From contig NC_057719.1 in NCBI RefSeq assembly GCF_004010195.1, forward strand, positions 42,807,925 to 42,871,924: a DNA stretch of 64,000 nucleotides. Direction: 5' to 3'. Each line of letters starts with the position of its first letter. Position 1 is the first letter of the stretch. Shown piece after piece: positions 37,021 to 51,149 of this stretch. A program made the position numbers and the translations under genes. The notes beneath the pieces were generated by a model that saw only the letters and a program-made list of their open reading frames with translations, searched no databases and was not told where the DNA came from. This DNA is from Chiloscyllium plagiosum (taxonomy: Eukaryota).

Positions 37021-37894
37021 TGTACTTTAATTTCAGTGCAGTTAATGTTGTGGTAGAGCCACCACACATCAATCATCTTAATTGTGCAAAAGTCTTCAGT
37101 GACCTCATAGTGTTTTGCAATTCACTTTATAAGATGCAAATTCACCTTATAAGATGCAAATTTTTTTGGTTGCGCAGAAGTGCCATTATCATTGCCATTG
37201 TTAAGTAACATTGTTAATACCAGTCATATATCACAGTTTGGATAAGCAACATTCCATGTTTTGATCTAAAACAACAATACCATGGATATTCAAAACTGTT
37301 TGAAGAACAGTAATCAAATGTGAACAATATCTCTTCAGACACTGAGGATGCATGTGACCTTTGTAATCATGGAGATCAGATGAGTCAGCTTCTTGTTTCA
37401 TTCCCATTACTAATATCCATTAGTTGTCTTGGAAACCAGCTTCTCTGTTCTGAATTAAAGCACTTATGGGAATGAAATCGTGCATGTCTATCTAAAATTA
37501 ATGGAAGGAGACGGAGGTTACATAAAATAAATTTTGGAAGTGCTTTTTTACAAGGACTGGCTAATTGAAATAAGTATCAACCTGTATTGTGATGTTAACT
37601 GCATTAGTGTCTCCAGTTAACCATGGATATGTTAAAATAAGTCCTGCATTAGGATACCACAGTACGTTCGTCTCAGACTAAAGAATTTGTGATTGCTTCA
37701 GGCAACATGCATAGTATAGCTATTGAGCTTTCATCTATCACTGCAACCCCCTACAGCCCAGTCACTTTCAAGTAGGGGGACTTGAGAGCATTTTTTTATT
37801 TATTTATTTACTCAGTACCTTGAAGCACAAGTCTAATTAGAAATTATTGTTTTGTTGTATGGTTATACATTGTCAAAATAATAGAAGTGTCTAT

Positions 37895-38960
37895 GAGCCA
37901 TCGCTGATGATGAAAATCTCGCCAAGATCATCCCAAGCCCCCACTTCTCACCTTCAAACAACTGCCAGAACTTAAAAAGACCCTCATTCACAACAAACTA
38001 CCCAGCCTTCAGATTAACATCGATCACAATACTACACAACTCTGACATGGCAACCTCTCCAAGACATGCCAGATCATCAACATGGATATCACACGTGGGA
38101 ACACCACCCACCACGTACATGGCAGATACTCATGTGACTCGGTCAGTGTTGTCTACCTCATACGCTGCAGGCAAGGATGCCCTAAGACATGGTATAATGG
38201 TGAGACCTTGCAGACGCTATGACATAGATGAATGGATACCACGGAGCAATCGCCTGACAGGGAAACACTTCAGCAGTCAAGGACATTAAGCCTATAATCT
38301 TTAGGTAAACATCCTCCAAAGCACCTTCAAGATCCACAGCAACGCAGAATCACCGAGCAGAAACTGATAGCCAAGTTTCATATCATTGTTGATGGCCTCA
38401 ACCATAATCTTGGGATCATGTCATGCTACAGGTACCTCCCCCCCCCCCACCAAACTGGTCTGTATCAATAAAATCTTCTGTACTGTCCTGCTTTAACACC
38501 ATCACCTTGATAACTTGTTATGCTGTCTCTACATTAATTAGTTTGTAGAGTTTTGGATTACTTGTTACTTTGGTTAGACCCTCAGCAGGTGACTCTTATA
38601 CCTATCATGTCATTCTAGCCATTTGGTTTGCTTCCAGCACAAACTTGTTTTTAATTTTTTGTAATTGTCTCTCTGCCTCAATTAGTTGGATTATAGGTCA
38701 TCCCTTCACTTACTTTTCATCTGTTGATATTTTACTCACACTGTTTGACACTTTTGATCACCTGCAAAGACTTATTATTCAATTTGTCCACACTCTACTC
38801 ACACCATTTGTATGATATTTTGATCTCTCTGCCTGTAAATTCTCTGCCTGTGTGCGTTTCTTCACTTCACCTGATGAAGGGGCAGTTTTTTGAAAGCTTG
38901 TGATTTCAAATAAACTTTTTGGACTACAACCTGGTGTCATGTGACTTCTGACTTTGTTTA
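37895..38960 (+). mobile_element. Penelope-like element 3' part (GIY-YIG relic + family C terminus)
   Basis: SCDSVSVVYLIRCRQGCPKTWYNGETLQTL* at ~38130-38222 and terminus cctgatgaaggggcag..gaaagcttg at 38870. Confidence 0.8.
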
Positions 38961-39586
38961 CCAGCTAAAAGCAATACCATGACAATAAGACAACAGGCAG
39001 AGCCGATGGAGGAATAAATCAGGGGAGAATTCAAGGTCTGAAGTTGTCAAAATGGCCATTACAGAAAATGAGGTGCTGTTCGATAAACCTACACTGGGTT
39101 TCACTGGAACACTAGTCATCTGCCATTTCAAAAATTTAAAAGCACGCCCCGACCATCCATTTGCTTGCTGTTTCATTAGCTTTTTTGACTGGTTGAGGAC
39201 TGTAAAAATGATCCTGACCTCCCAGTCACTTGCCATTTCAATTAGACTGGGTGACCACTTTGTGGAACATGGTTGCTCTCTGCACAAGCATGACTGATGT
39301 TGTTTGCCATTTCAGAACACCATCCTGTTTTCATGCACATATTTTGGTCCTAAGCACACTGTAGTTTCTCCAGCATTTCCTCTGCAGGTACTGACAAAGA
39401 GTTTGGGGACAGCAGCAGCCTGACACAGATATAGCATAACAAGCAAGGCAGATCCCTGGAGTTGGTGAACTGGTTTGACCGCATTGTTCTCCTCATAGAG
39501 CACTTACAGTGTGGAAAGAGATCTTCAGCGCATCAAGTCCATACCCAACCTCCAAAGAGTATCCCACTTGGACCCACCTCCCTAAA

Positions 39587-40339
39587 GTTATGAAGTTGAA
39601 GGCGTGTACTGTACCTTTAAGAGAGAGTGAATGCTGTTTTGCACTGACATCTCACAAGCATCTGTCACATGATTAGCTAGCAATTTCAGAGTGTACTGAA
39701 AAATTGAAAATTTGTAACATTTGGCTGTGAAATAAATACCTTAGTTGATTGTTGTTTTGACAACAATTCGAATTGAACCAATCAGTTTAAATTATGCCCC
39801 AGGATACTAAAGCCCAAGCGAGTTTGAATGTATTGTTTTGCCAACATCGAACCAATGAGACAATCTGATGTTGGGGGGATAAAAGTGGCAGGCAGTTTGA
39901 AAGTGAGACAGACAGTAAACTGCCATCAAGAGAGACTGCCATTCAGAACACTATCAAAGGTACCTTTTCATAAGAAACAGTTTTGCAGTAAAAGACAGAA
40001 GACGATCCAGGGAGATCTTCAGTTGAAAGGAGGAGGACACTGGAGATGACAGCAACTGTGTGGTTTTGAAATTAAGTTAATGTAATTTTAATATGGGTTT
40101 TTATTGGAACAGAATATTGTTACAGAGTTGGAGCAGATAGCAAGCACTTAAGAGAAATGAGGCTTAGAATGGTAAATAGCTGTTGTTTAATGTTCACTTT
40201 TAGAGAATAAATTGATACTTTTTCTTTAAGTAGTGGAATTTGGGAGTTCTCTGTCATTCATTGTTTAACAGATTATGAGGTGAGGTGGGCTTTTCTGAGT
40301 GTCTTGTTTAATTAGCAAAAAGGGTCCATCACCGTGACA
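39587..40339. mobile_element. Probable solo LTR inserted in a SINE
   Basis: Ends (t)gttatg...cgtgaca, 4-bp TSD taaa (39583-39586 and 40340-40343) and internal AATAAA. It splits a minus-strand SINE (39505-39586 + 40344-40615). Confidence 0.55.
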
Positions 40340-40343
40340 TAAA

Positions 40344-41205
40344 ACTTCCCTATCCTTGTAACCCTACATTTCCCATGACTAATCCAGCTAGCCTATATAG
40401 TTAGTGTCCCTAAACACTATGGGGCATTTAGCATGACCAATTCACCTAACCTGTACATCTTTAGACTGTGGGAGGAAACTAGAACACCCACAGCAAACCC
40501 ACACAGACACAGGGAGAATGTGCAATCTCCATGCTGACAATCACCTGAGACTGGAATTGAACCCAGGTCTCTGGGTCTGTGAGGCAGCAGTGCTAACCAT
40601 TGAGTCGCCGTACTACATCTGAATCCCTCCTTCCAATCATCAAGGCAGGATACTGAATTACAGATTCATAAAATCCCTATAGGTTATTTAGCCTATCAAG
40701 TCCACTATGACCCTCTTAAGAGCATCCCACCCAGACACACACCCCTACCTTATCCATGTAACCCTGCATTTCTCACAGCTAATCCACCTAGCCTACACAT
40801 CTCTGAACACTATGGCCTATTAAGCATGGCCAATCCACCTAATCTGCACATCTTTGAACTGAAAGACTGTCAGCAGAATAGCCCCAGAACAGGATGGCAT
40901 GGTGACTCAGTGGCTCGCACTGCTGACTCACAATTCCACAGACCCGGGTTTAATTCCAGCCTTGGACAACTGTCTGTGTGGGTTTCAATCAGGTGCTCTG
41001 GTTTCCTCCTACAATCCAAAGATGTGCAGATTGGGCAGATTGGCCAAGTTTAATTGCCCATGGTGTCCAGGGATGTGCAGGCTATGTGGATTAGCTACGG
41101 GAAATGTAGGGTTATAGGGAGTGGGTCTGGGTAGGTGTTCTTTGGCGGGTAGGTGCAGGTCAATGGGCTGAATGGCCTGCTTCTATACTGTAGGGATTCT
41201 ATGAC
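40344..41205. mobile_element. Cluster of three HE1-like SINEs (two on -, one on + at ~40893-41205)
   Basis: A/B boxes and shared body caaagatgtgcagg(t)taggtg(a/g)attggcca. Confidence 0.85.
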
Positions 41206-41529
41206 AAACATGAATTATTGTTCTTTGAAGTGCAGGATCACACTGCCTGGATCATGGGAATGTTTGGAATCCTATAACCAGGAAAGCGAATGCCATGAAG
41301 GAAGTAGCTGCCAGAGTATATAGCTGAAGACTGCTGCACAGCAAGTGCCAACCCAGTCCTTGCCGTCCTATATCCAGCCAATCCCACCCAAGGGATTTTC
41401 CAAAGTGGTGTTGGAATTGTAACAGGAATGGGCACTTTAAATAAGATTTCACTCATGGACCAAGGGCACTATTGCCATCAGGGACCAAGACTCCATCTAG
41501 AGCACTGGTCTTCCTTTCTCAATGGCTTC

Positions 41530-43110
41530 TTTTTATTTCAAAATTATACTTAGCTCATAAAAGAATCTCTTTTTATACATACATTGTCGCAAAAGCGGCT
41601 TAGTTCTGCATAGTTGTATATCAAGTAAATAATCAAAACATTGACTTGCCCTGTACCCAAAAATATAAAGCCCTCTCTTGCACATACAGTACTAACATTT
41701 ATATGTATTTGCGGTATCGGCAGTGTCCAAAAACTGAACGGACCCCCATTTACCTTCAGCAGGAAGACTTCAGATAGAGGTCTTTCTCCATGGTGCCGTG
41801 GCAGTAACTGGCCCAAGCTTTAGTGCCTTCATCAGCATTTAATCCTGGACCTTGGAATGTGCCTGTCTGCAACACTCAGTCAGGGTCAACTTCCTGTTCT
41901 GGAAGTCAAGTTTCAGGCAGGCCAAAGAGCATCTTTCACCGAGTTGATGGTCCTCCAGTCTCCAATGATTTTTGTCTCAGTGTGTGTCTTGAGGAACCGA
42001 CAGCAGAGCACAGAGTCCCACATCACGGAGCTGCTCAGGAGGAACTTCAACACAAACTACTGCATCTTTCTCCAGACTTCCTTTGCAAAGGTACATTCCA
42101 GAAGGAGGTTTGTGACAGTCTCTACCCACCCACCAGCAACCACTTCAGGGCATCGTGTGGTGGCACAAGCTGACTGGGCACACATGAAGGATCGCACAGG
42201 TCGTACCCTTCTCACCACCAGCCAAGCAATGTCTTAGTGTTTGTTAGAAAGTTCTGGTGATGGGGCGTTCTGCCAATGACTTTGACAGTCTGCTCAGGGA
42301 ACCACGTGATAGGATTCACCCTCTCCTTTTCCTACAGGATCTCAAGGATGCAGTCCACTTCCTGATGGACTGCTGGTCAAAGGTGTTTTCCTTCACAAAT
42401 TTCTCCACAAAGGACAGATGATACGGCAACTACTTAGAGCATTCTATGGCAGTGAGGCCAGGCCCATCCTTCACCACACAAGGTCAGGAAAAACCTCAAT
42501 ACGTAGTAACACTTAGTATTTGTGTACCGAGGGTATATACACAGCTTGATGCAGCCACACACAAAGATGGCCATCAGGATGAGGGTGGCATTGCTTATGT
42601 TCCCCTGACACCCCCCACCCCAGCTTATCCAGAGTTTTTAAATGGACTTCCTACAGACCCAGTCTATCAGTGTGTAAGTTAGCTCGCTGAGCTTGAAGGT
42701 TTGTTTTCAGACCTTTCGTCACCATACTAGGTAAAATCATCGGTGAGAGTCTCTCGTGAAGTGCTGGTGGTATGTCTCGCTTCTCTGTTTATAGAGCTTG
42801 GTTTCTTAAGATGGGTAATGTCATTTCGATTCTTTTTTTCAAGAGAAGGTAGATAGGATCTAAATCGATGTGTTTATTGATGGAGTTCTGATTAGAATGC
42901 CATGCCTCTAAGAATTCTCGTGTGTGTAGAGCCATAAAGGAAGTAACTGCCAGAGTGAATGGAGATGTAGCTGAAGCCAAGAGGCCAACAGAGCCCTTTC
43001 AGTATACAACTAAGGGCTACTACCGTCTCTGCTGTCATTCTTCCCATAGCAGTCAGTGGAGACACTGTAAGGTAAGACCAGACACCCTCTCATTGGGCTC
43101 CTAGAATAGC
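41530..43110 (-). mobile_element. Tx1/L1-like LINE 3' portion, decayed and interrupted by a PLE fragment
   Basis: Reverse strand reads FQNRKLTLTECCRQAHSKVQD*..ALKLG..W and ends in AATAAA at ~41535. Confidence 0.55.
42671..42925 (-). mobile_element. Penelope-like element 3' end, family D
   Basis: REFLEAWHSNQNSINKHIDLDPIY (PLE GIY-YIG C-terminus) followed by ccgatga-ttttacc(tagtat)ggtgac-gaaa-ggtc. Confidence 0.75.
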
Positions 43111-43914
43111 TGTAGTCTCGCTTCATAATAGCTACTCCATGGCCCACAGAGAGGTACATCCCTGGCAATGACAATGCCTAACACTGTGGCTATACTGTTT
43201 GAAAGTGCGTCTCCACCCTAAAATGACCAGGGTCTGCTACTTTAACTTACCTGGAGCCGGAGCTATTTTAACTTACCAGGCCTTTGAAGATGTGTCCATT
43301 AAGTTAGGTGCAGCTCTTGTTTTTAACCTCTGGTGGCAGGACATGATCAGTGAAGGAAAAAACAATCAGCCCCAAGTCGAACGAGCAACTCAGCAATGTA
43401 TAGCCTACTGACTGTGGAGTCAGAAGTGATGTGCCAGCTCTGGACATTGTTGTTTAAGGTTTTGAAGTCACTAACAGCGTGAAGAATCCAAAGAGAAGCA
43501 GAAAAAAAATGTGGAATACTGAGTATAACCTTTCTGAAATACTAAGAATAAATTAATGTCTCAATTTAAGAGTATTTTAAGAAAGGAGCAGCAGGCAGCA
43601 TTCCTCACAAAAGAAAAGCTCTGTTTAAACTGGATGCTTGAGGAAAAAAAATGTGCAGAGCTGAATTGAAGCTGGAAGAAATCTGCTCTAAAATCTATAA
43701 AAAACAGTGAAAGAAGGGAAACAGTTCTGAAGCCTGAGACAGTCAATTAAAAATCATGATTTTTTTTAAAAGATCAGAAATTCTGGCTGTTGCCATTTTG
43801 GAAATGGAAAAAAGCATGAATCCAACATTTTATCACAAGTCAGAAAGTAATCAAAAAAGAGTTCTTCTGCTTAAAAATGTTGGAGAATCTGTTGGAAAGT
43901 CTAAATAAAAACCA

Positions 43915-44445
43915 AATGAACTGCAGATGCTGTGAATCAGAGACAAAAATACAAATTACTGGAAAAGCTCAGCAGGTCTGGCAGCATCTGCAGAGAGAAA
44001 TCAGAGTTAATGTTTCGGGTCCAGTGACTTTCCTCTGTTCTAAGGAAGGATGACTGTACCCAAAACACAATGGTGGCTCAGTGGTTAGCACTGCTGCCTC
44101 ACAGACCCAGGTTCGATTCCAGCCTTGGACGACTGTCTGTGTGGAGTTTGCACATTCTTCCCTATGTCTGTGAGTTTCCTCCGGGTGCTCCAGTTTCCTC
44201 CCACAGTCCAAAAATGTGCAGGTCAGGTGAATTGACCATGCTAAATTGCCCATAGTGTTAGGTGCATTAGTCAGAGGGAAATGGGTCTGGGTGGGTTACT
44301 CTTTGGAGGGGCGGTGTGGACTGGTTGGGCCGAAGGGCCTGTTTCCACTCTATAGGGAATCAATCTGTCTATCTATTAACTCTGATTTCTCTCCACAGAT
44401 GCTGCCAGACCTGCTGAGCTTTTGCAGCAATTTCTATTTTTGTTG
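43915..44445. mobile_element. Palindromic PLE family B element with an HE1-like SINE (~44069-44372, +) inserted in it
   Basis: Arms agctcagcaggtctggcagcatctg..agagaaatcagagttaat and attaactctgatttctct..cagatgctgccagacctgctgagct flank a complete SINE. Confidence 0.85.
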
Positions 44446-45029
44446 GAGAGTTTTAAAGAGATGCAGAGGAATCCAACATTTTTATTTAAGAAGATTCAGA
44501 AGCACTAAAAAGTTTTGAAAAGAATTTAAAACAAATTCCAGAACGTTATTGCAATAGTATTACTATATTTCGAAAGTTCAAAGCACCAAGTAATTTAAAA
44601 ACATAGCAGTTGTCAAAGAAGAAACATTTTTAAAGGCACCAGCAGAAGAAATCAATGCGTTGTGCTTGAATGATAGCCAGCACTGAAAGACCACGGAACG
44701 CCCTAGATACATTGAGACACAGCAGAGTTCCAAATATATTGCAAAAATTCAAATAATTTTTCTTCAGAAAACTGGTGACTATTTGTTATTGTTAAGGTCA
44801 ACATCGCAGCAAAAGTCAATATTATATCTGTGAATTCTTAAAATAAAATGTAACTGCAGATTTGGGAAGCCAAGTTAAAATGCATAAATGAAAAACTTCA
44901 GCGTACAATTGTTCACTAAATTCATGTGCATGATTGATAGTGCTGGAGTACAAATACAATCAGTTCATTTGGACATTGCAGATGTTCACAACGTTGATGC
45001 TGCCAGACCAGCGATTGCACATATACCAA

Positions 45030-45595
45030 TATAGACCATAAGACCATTAGATATAGGAACAGAATTAGGCCATTTAGCCCATCAAAGTTCTGCCATTTAA
45101 TCATGACTCAATCCCCTTCTCCTACCTTCTCCCCGTAACTTTTGATCCCCTTACTAATCAAGCACCTATCTAGCTATGGGTCAAGATTAGAGTGGTGCTG
45201 GAAAAACACAGCAGGTCAGGCAGCATCCGAGGAACAGGAAAATCAACATTCCGAGCAAAAGCCCTTCATCAGGGCCAAAAGGTCGATTTTCCTGCTCCTC
45301 GGATGTTGCCTGACCTGCCGTGCTTTTCCAGCACCACTCTAATCTTGACTCCAACCTCCTGCATCTGCAGTACCCACTTCTACCTATCTAGTTATGTCTT
45401 AAATACACTCAATAACTTGGCCTCCACAGTCGGCTGTGGCAACGGGTTCCACAGGTTCACCATTCTCTGGCTGCAGACATTCCTCCACATCTCGATTCTA
45501 CAGGGTTGTGCCTTCACTCTGAGGCTGTGCATTCGGGTCCTAGTTTCTCCCACTAGAGGTAATAGCTTTTGGGTGTCCACTCCATCCAGGCTGCT
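45030..45595 (-). mobile_element. CR1 3' fragment hosting a family A hairpin
   Basis: ETRTRMHSLRVK..SQRMVNLWNPLP and (TGGTCTTA)-like tail. Confidence 0.8.
45179..45381. mobile_element. Palindromic PLE family A mini-element with 15-bp TSD
   Basis: Arms tcaagattagagtggtgctggaaaa.. / ..ttttccagcaccactctaatcttga. TSD acctatctag(c/t)tatg at 45164-45178 and 45382-45396. Confidence 0.85.
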
Positions 45596-46282
45596 GTATG
45601 ATGTGACCTTACATTAACCAGTCAGACATCAGAACCAGAAAACAAACAACAGTGGACACTTGCAAAATGCAAGAAAACACGGAGTGCCTCACTTTCCTCC
45701 GAATTAGCAGAACTAAAATCTCAGCTCTCTACTGCTGAGAGAAAACCAAACTCCAAGAGTAAAAGGCTGAACAACTGGCTCAGAATAAATCCAAACTTGG
45801 AGAACATTGTCTCAGAGATGATGAAGTATTTAAGTGATGCCTCTGCTCAGCTCCCAAAGATGAACAAAAAGCTGAAAAAGCAAGAAGTAAGAAAAGCTAT
45901 AGGTTCCGTATCATTAATCAAAGAAAAAGATTGCCAGTCCACAGGAAGATATGATCAATTTGAATATAATACAGACCAGACTGAACAGGAACAGCTGCAG
46001 AAAGATTAGCTTGAGCCCAGAACAATGCTGAAGGAAGTGGCCAACAGGCAAAACAAAACGGGTGGAGGTGCCCAGTACTGTACAGGCATCAATAATCTGC
46101 AAGCCACCTATGGAACAGTTGTTTAGAAAAAATGCCAGCAAAGGCCAGCAAAAGTCAGAGAACTCACGCAGCACATGAAGGGAATACAACAACTGCTGAA
46201 GTAGCAAGTGGAAAAGGCCCAGGTTTTCGAGAAAACAAAACAAAACGGCAAGACAATCAGAAAGAAAAGATTGTATCACATT

Positions 46283-48940
46283 GACAATAGACAATAGACA
46301 ATAGACAATAGGTGCAGGAGTAGGCCATTCTGTCCTTCGAGCCTGCACCACCATTCAATATGATCATGGCTGATTATCCTTAATCAGTATCCTGTTCCTG
46401 CCTTATCTCCATAACCCTTGATTCCACAATCCTTGAGAGCTCTATCCAACTCTTTCTTAAATGAATCCAGAGACTGGGCCTCCACTGCAATGTCTTTCCT
46501 CAAATTTGGAGACCAGAACTGCACACAGTACTCCAGGTGTGGTCTCACAAGGGACCTGGACAGCTGCAGAAGAACCTCTTTGCTTCTATACTCAATCCCT
46601 TTTGTTATAAAGGCCAGCATGCTATTAGCCTTCTTCACTACCTGCTGCACCTGCATGCTTATCTTCATTGACTGGTGTACAAGAACACCCAGATCTCTCT
46701 GTACTGCCCTTTTACCTAAATTGGTTCCATTTAGGTAGTAAACTGCCTTCCTGCTCTTGCCACCAAAGTGGATAACCATACATTTATCCACATTAAACTG
46801 CATCTGCCATGCATCTGACCACTCACCTAACTTGTCCAGGTCACCCTGTAATCTCCTAACATCCTCCTCACATTTCACCCTGCCACTCAGCTTAGTATAT
46901 CAGCAAATTTGCTAACGTTATTACTAATACCATCTTCTATATCATTAACATATATTGTAAAAAGCTGTGGTCCTAGTACTGATCCCTGCAGTACCCCACT
47001 GGTCACTGCCTGCCATTCCGAAATTGAGCCGTTTAACACTACTCTTTGTTTCCTATCAGCCAACCAACTTTCAATCCAAGTTAGTACTTTTCCCCCAATA
47101 CCATGTGCTCTAATTTTGCTCACTAACCTCCTATGTGGGGCTTTATCAAAAGCTTTCTGAAAGTCTAGGTACACTACATCAAATGGATCTCCCTCGTCCA
47201 TCTTCAGAGTTACATCCTCAAAGAATTCCAGAAGATTAGTCAAGCATGATTTCCCCTTCATAAATCCATGCTGACTCTGACCTATCCTGTTACGACTATC
47301 CAGATGAGTCGTAATTTCATCCTTTATAATAGACTCCAGCATCTTTCCCACCACTGAGTTTAGACTAACTGGTCTATAATTTCCTGCTTTCTCTCTCCCA
47401 CCTTTCTTGAAAAGTGTTATAACATGAGCCACTCTCTAATCTGCAGGAACTGATCCCAAATCAATCAAACTCTCAAAAATAATCGCCAACGCATCCACGA
47501 TTTCTCGCGCCACCTCCTTCAGTACCCTGGGATGTAGACCATCAGGCCCCGGAGACTTATCAACCTTCAGACCTAACAGCCTCTCCAACACCAAATCCTG
47601 GCAAATATAAATTCCCTTAAGTTNNNNNNNNNNNNNNNNNNNNNNNNNNNNNNNNNNNNNNNNNNNNNNNNNNNNNNNNNNNNNNNNNNNNNNNNNNNNN
47701 NNNNNNNNNNNNNNNNNNNNNNNNNNNNNNNNNNNNNNNNNNNNNNNNNNNNNNNNNNNNNNNNNNNNNNNNNNNNNNNNNNNNNNNNNNNNNNNNNNNN
47801 NNNNNNNNNNNNNNNNNNNNNNNNNNNNNNNNNNNNNNNNNNNNNNNNNNNNNNNNNNNNNNNNNNNNNNNNNNNNNNNNNNNNNNNNNNNNNNNNNNNN
47901 NNNNNNNNNNNNNNNNNNNNNNNNNNNNNNNNNNNNNNNNNNNNNNNNNNNNNNNNNNNNNNNNNNNNNNNNNNNNNNNNNNGTCACTTCCGACTGTACC
48001 CTCTCCCTCTCAAATTGTAGATTGAAGCTTATTGTATTATGGTCACTACTTCCCAATGGCTCCTTCACTTCGAGGTCCCTGACCAATTCTGGTTCGTTGC
48101 ACAATACCAGATCCAGAATTGCCTTCTCCCTGGTCGGCTCCAGCACCAGCTATTCTAAGAATCCATCTCTAAGGCACTCCACAAAGTCTCTTTCTTGAGG
48201 TCCAATACCATCCTGATTCTCCCAGTCTACCTGCATGTTGAAATCCCACATAACAACTGCAGTAGCATCTTTGCGACAGGCCAATTTCAGCTCCTGATTT
48301 AACTTACATCCGACATCCAGACTACTGTTTGGGAGCCTGTAGATAACTCCCAAGAGGGTCTTTTTACCCTTAGTATTTCTCAGCTCTATCCACACTGACT
48401 CGACATCCCCTGATTCTAGGTCTACCCGCGCAAGGGACTGAATATCATCCCTTACCAACATGGCCACCCCACCCCCTCTGCCTGTCAGTCTGTCCTTACG
48501 ATAGCACGTGTAGCCTTGAATATTCATTTCCCAGGTCCTGTCCACTTGATGCCACGTCTCAGTTATCCCCACAATATCATATCTTCCAATTTCCAAAAGA
48601 GCCTCAAGCTCATCCATCTTATTTCTAATGCTTCGTGTATTCATGTATAGTATTTTTAATTTTGTTACTGCCCTCACCCTTCCCATCAACTCCTATTTCA
48701 CTCAACCTTACAGCATGATCCCTTTCCGAGTTTTCTGCCTCATTGATACAATTGTCTTTCTTAACTTCCCTTGTTCTAACTTTCCCTCCAATTTCCTTCT
48801 TAAACATCCAGTTTGTTTAAACGTAGCTGTGTTGCAGTAGCAAACCTGCCTGCCAGAATGCTGGTCCCTAACCTATTAAGGTGCAAACCATCTCTCTTGT
48901 AGAATTTATGCTTACCATAAAACATACCCCAGTGATCCAA
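46283..48940 (-). mobile_element. CR1 LINE: ORF1 end (SGNH esterase) and ORF2 (EN + RT), with internal deletion and N gap
   Basis: YKRDGLHLNRLGT (ORF1), YMNTRSIRNK, GITETW, SSDHN, NYRPVSL, QGSVLGP and KFAD motifs. (ATTGTCT)n tail. Confidence 0.95.
47624..47981. other. Assembly gap (358 N)
   Basis: Run of N. Confidence 1.
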
Positions 48941-51149
48941 TGAGAGTCAATTGCATCTCCAGACAAAATCATCATCATGAGATCCAGATGTATCAAGAAA
49001 CCCCTGACACATTATCGAGACAAACAAGCTCTTTGTTCTTTAAACCAGTTGATTTTGGTTCGGAAAAAAGATGGATGTCGTATGTGTACTTATCTTTAAA
49101 AGACTTCACCAATAAGCACTGACTCTAAATGCTGCGTATATACAATGTTGCAACCCCCACCCACCACCCTGTCTGGCTGGCGTGAGTAGGCAGGACACAC
49201 AGGAACAATGTCTGCATTATAACTGACCAGGTGTTTTGCTGTCTTAAAGAAATCAGGCCATAGACTTATTTCATCCCAAATGAGTGCTTGATTATTAGAG
49301 CATATTTGTTAGTGTGACAAAAACCTTCTGGATTTGACAGAAATATTTAGCTCACACCCACCCCATGGAAAGCCGCAGGAGTGGATATCATCAGGAGAAG
49401 ACAAGAGGCAGTCCCTTTCTACAGCAGTAACTGTAATATTCTATCAGTGTGGATGAGGAGGTGGCTAGGTCGGTGCTTGAATCAGTGGGTGAGATAGGTA
49501 GCTGGGTGGGTCACTGGGTAGCTGGGAGAAGTAGGTAGGTAAGGAAGGTGATTAAATGTGGCAGTAGGAAGATGCCTGAGGTGGGCGAGTGGATAATTCG
49601 GTGGTTGAGAGGTAGGTCAAGCTGGAGGGTAGTTGGAGAGTGGGGATGGTTAAGGGTCAGTGGTATAGTTGCAGTTACTCAGATGTTAGACCAAGTTTTA
49701 AACTGGTTAACATTTCCTGGACAATTATGAAGATAAATAGTGTCTCAAATTTCTGACTTGGAAATATTGTCAATCTGAAATGTTCTGGGCAATTCCTATA
49801 TTTGTCCAAACATTAGAACCTCCATGGAGCCCTGACGTGAGTTTTCAGTCATAAACTCTGTCTCCAACAATCCAGAGACTTAAAGATTTGGGCTGATTCT
49901 GATTTTGTATGATCTTGAGGGAGGTCATCCGAATTACAACGAGTAAGTGTTAGTAGAAGTGTCACATACCTAATTTGGTCATGAGTGAAACAAATGATTT
50001 ATAAAATGTTTATATTCTCCAGTTTAATATCTTTTTACGATTCAGCACACACAGCCTCATTCTACACTCTGCAAATGTACAGGGTTAACTGAGTAGTTGG
50101 TGCATGTGTGAAGGAATCAACATCAAGAAAAATCATTCTTAAAGGCTTTCTTATTTACTGTGCAATGTTGTTACAATAGCTATTTAAAAAAGTAAATATA
50201 TTAGTTGAGAATATCTTGCTAAACACTTATTACTAAAAATGGACTTCCCCATTTATAAAAGAAGCAATATCTCTTCAGAATGTATTTTTGAATTTCCTTA
50301 TTTAGCAGTTTTGTGCAAGAACACATGCAAGTTAGAAGTTTCAGAGCTGGTTGCAGTTTTGCACTGTTTCCAACTTGGTAATAGTGACAAGAATTCTGAA
50401 AAAGATCAACAGCAGAACTGTACAGTTTGGTGTAGAGATGCAGAGGAGTCCAACATTTTCACATGATTTGTGCTGCCTAAGTCTGCCAAGTTTACTCATG
50501 AAAAGCAGTCGACTGGACTTCAATCCATATTAGGTATTAATACAGATTGATGCACTTCAAAGGATTACAGTAAGTATGCCAAACAAAACAAGGCATCTGA
50601 TTGGTCAGGGCTGCTATGATTTAATGTTTTTCTGAACTGACTCAAGATCTGAGCCTTTTCCTAGGTTATATTAATGAAATCATGTTACAGAATTTATGAA
50701 ATCATGTTAGCCACTCTGGTAATGGTAAAAATTTTGATTTGTTTACTGAATTCCTCTGGAATGCAAAGTCTTTCACTTGTTCTTCTTTTTTCTATTTTTT
50801 AGTTTTGATCAGTGTTCTTTCAGGTAAATAGAAATTTGGGAATCTTCAGGGAATGAGTTGCAGTGCCGACTGTCGAATCAGTTTAGACCTTTCCTTATGT
50901 TACTTACTGTCGGTAACAATTCACACAAGTGAACCTTTGTAAATGGTAGGATTTTGACATCAACAAAAATGTGGGCATTAAGTCAGGGAACTGACAGCAG
51001 GAGACCCAAACTAATTTGATTAATCGGGTTTTGGAAGGAAATGATGCTTTACTATATGTGTTTACAGTGTTTGGATGAGGGTGAGATGCTCTTTAGAAGG
51101 TCTATGTGGACTTGATAGGCTGGATGGCCTGTTGTCACACTGTAGGTAT

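Noticed and set aside
43440..46280. Gypsy gag/protease relic in A-rich sequence around the nested inserts
   Set aside because: Only faint motif resemblance; could not be supported by eye.
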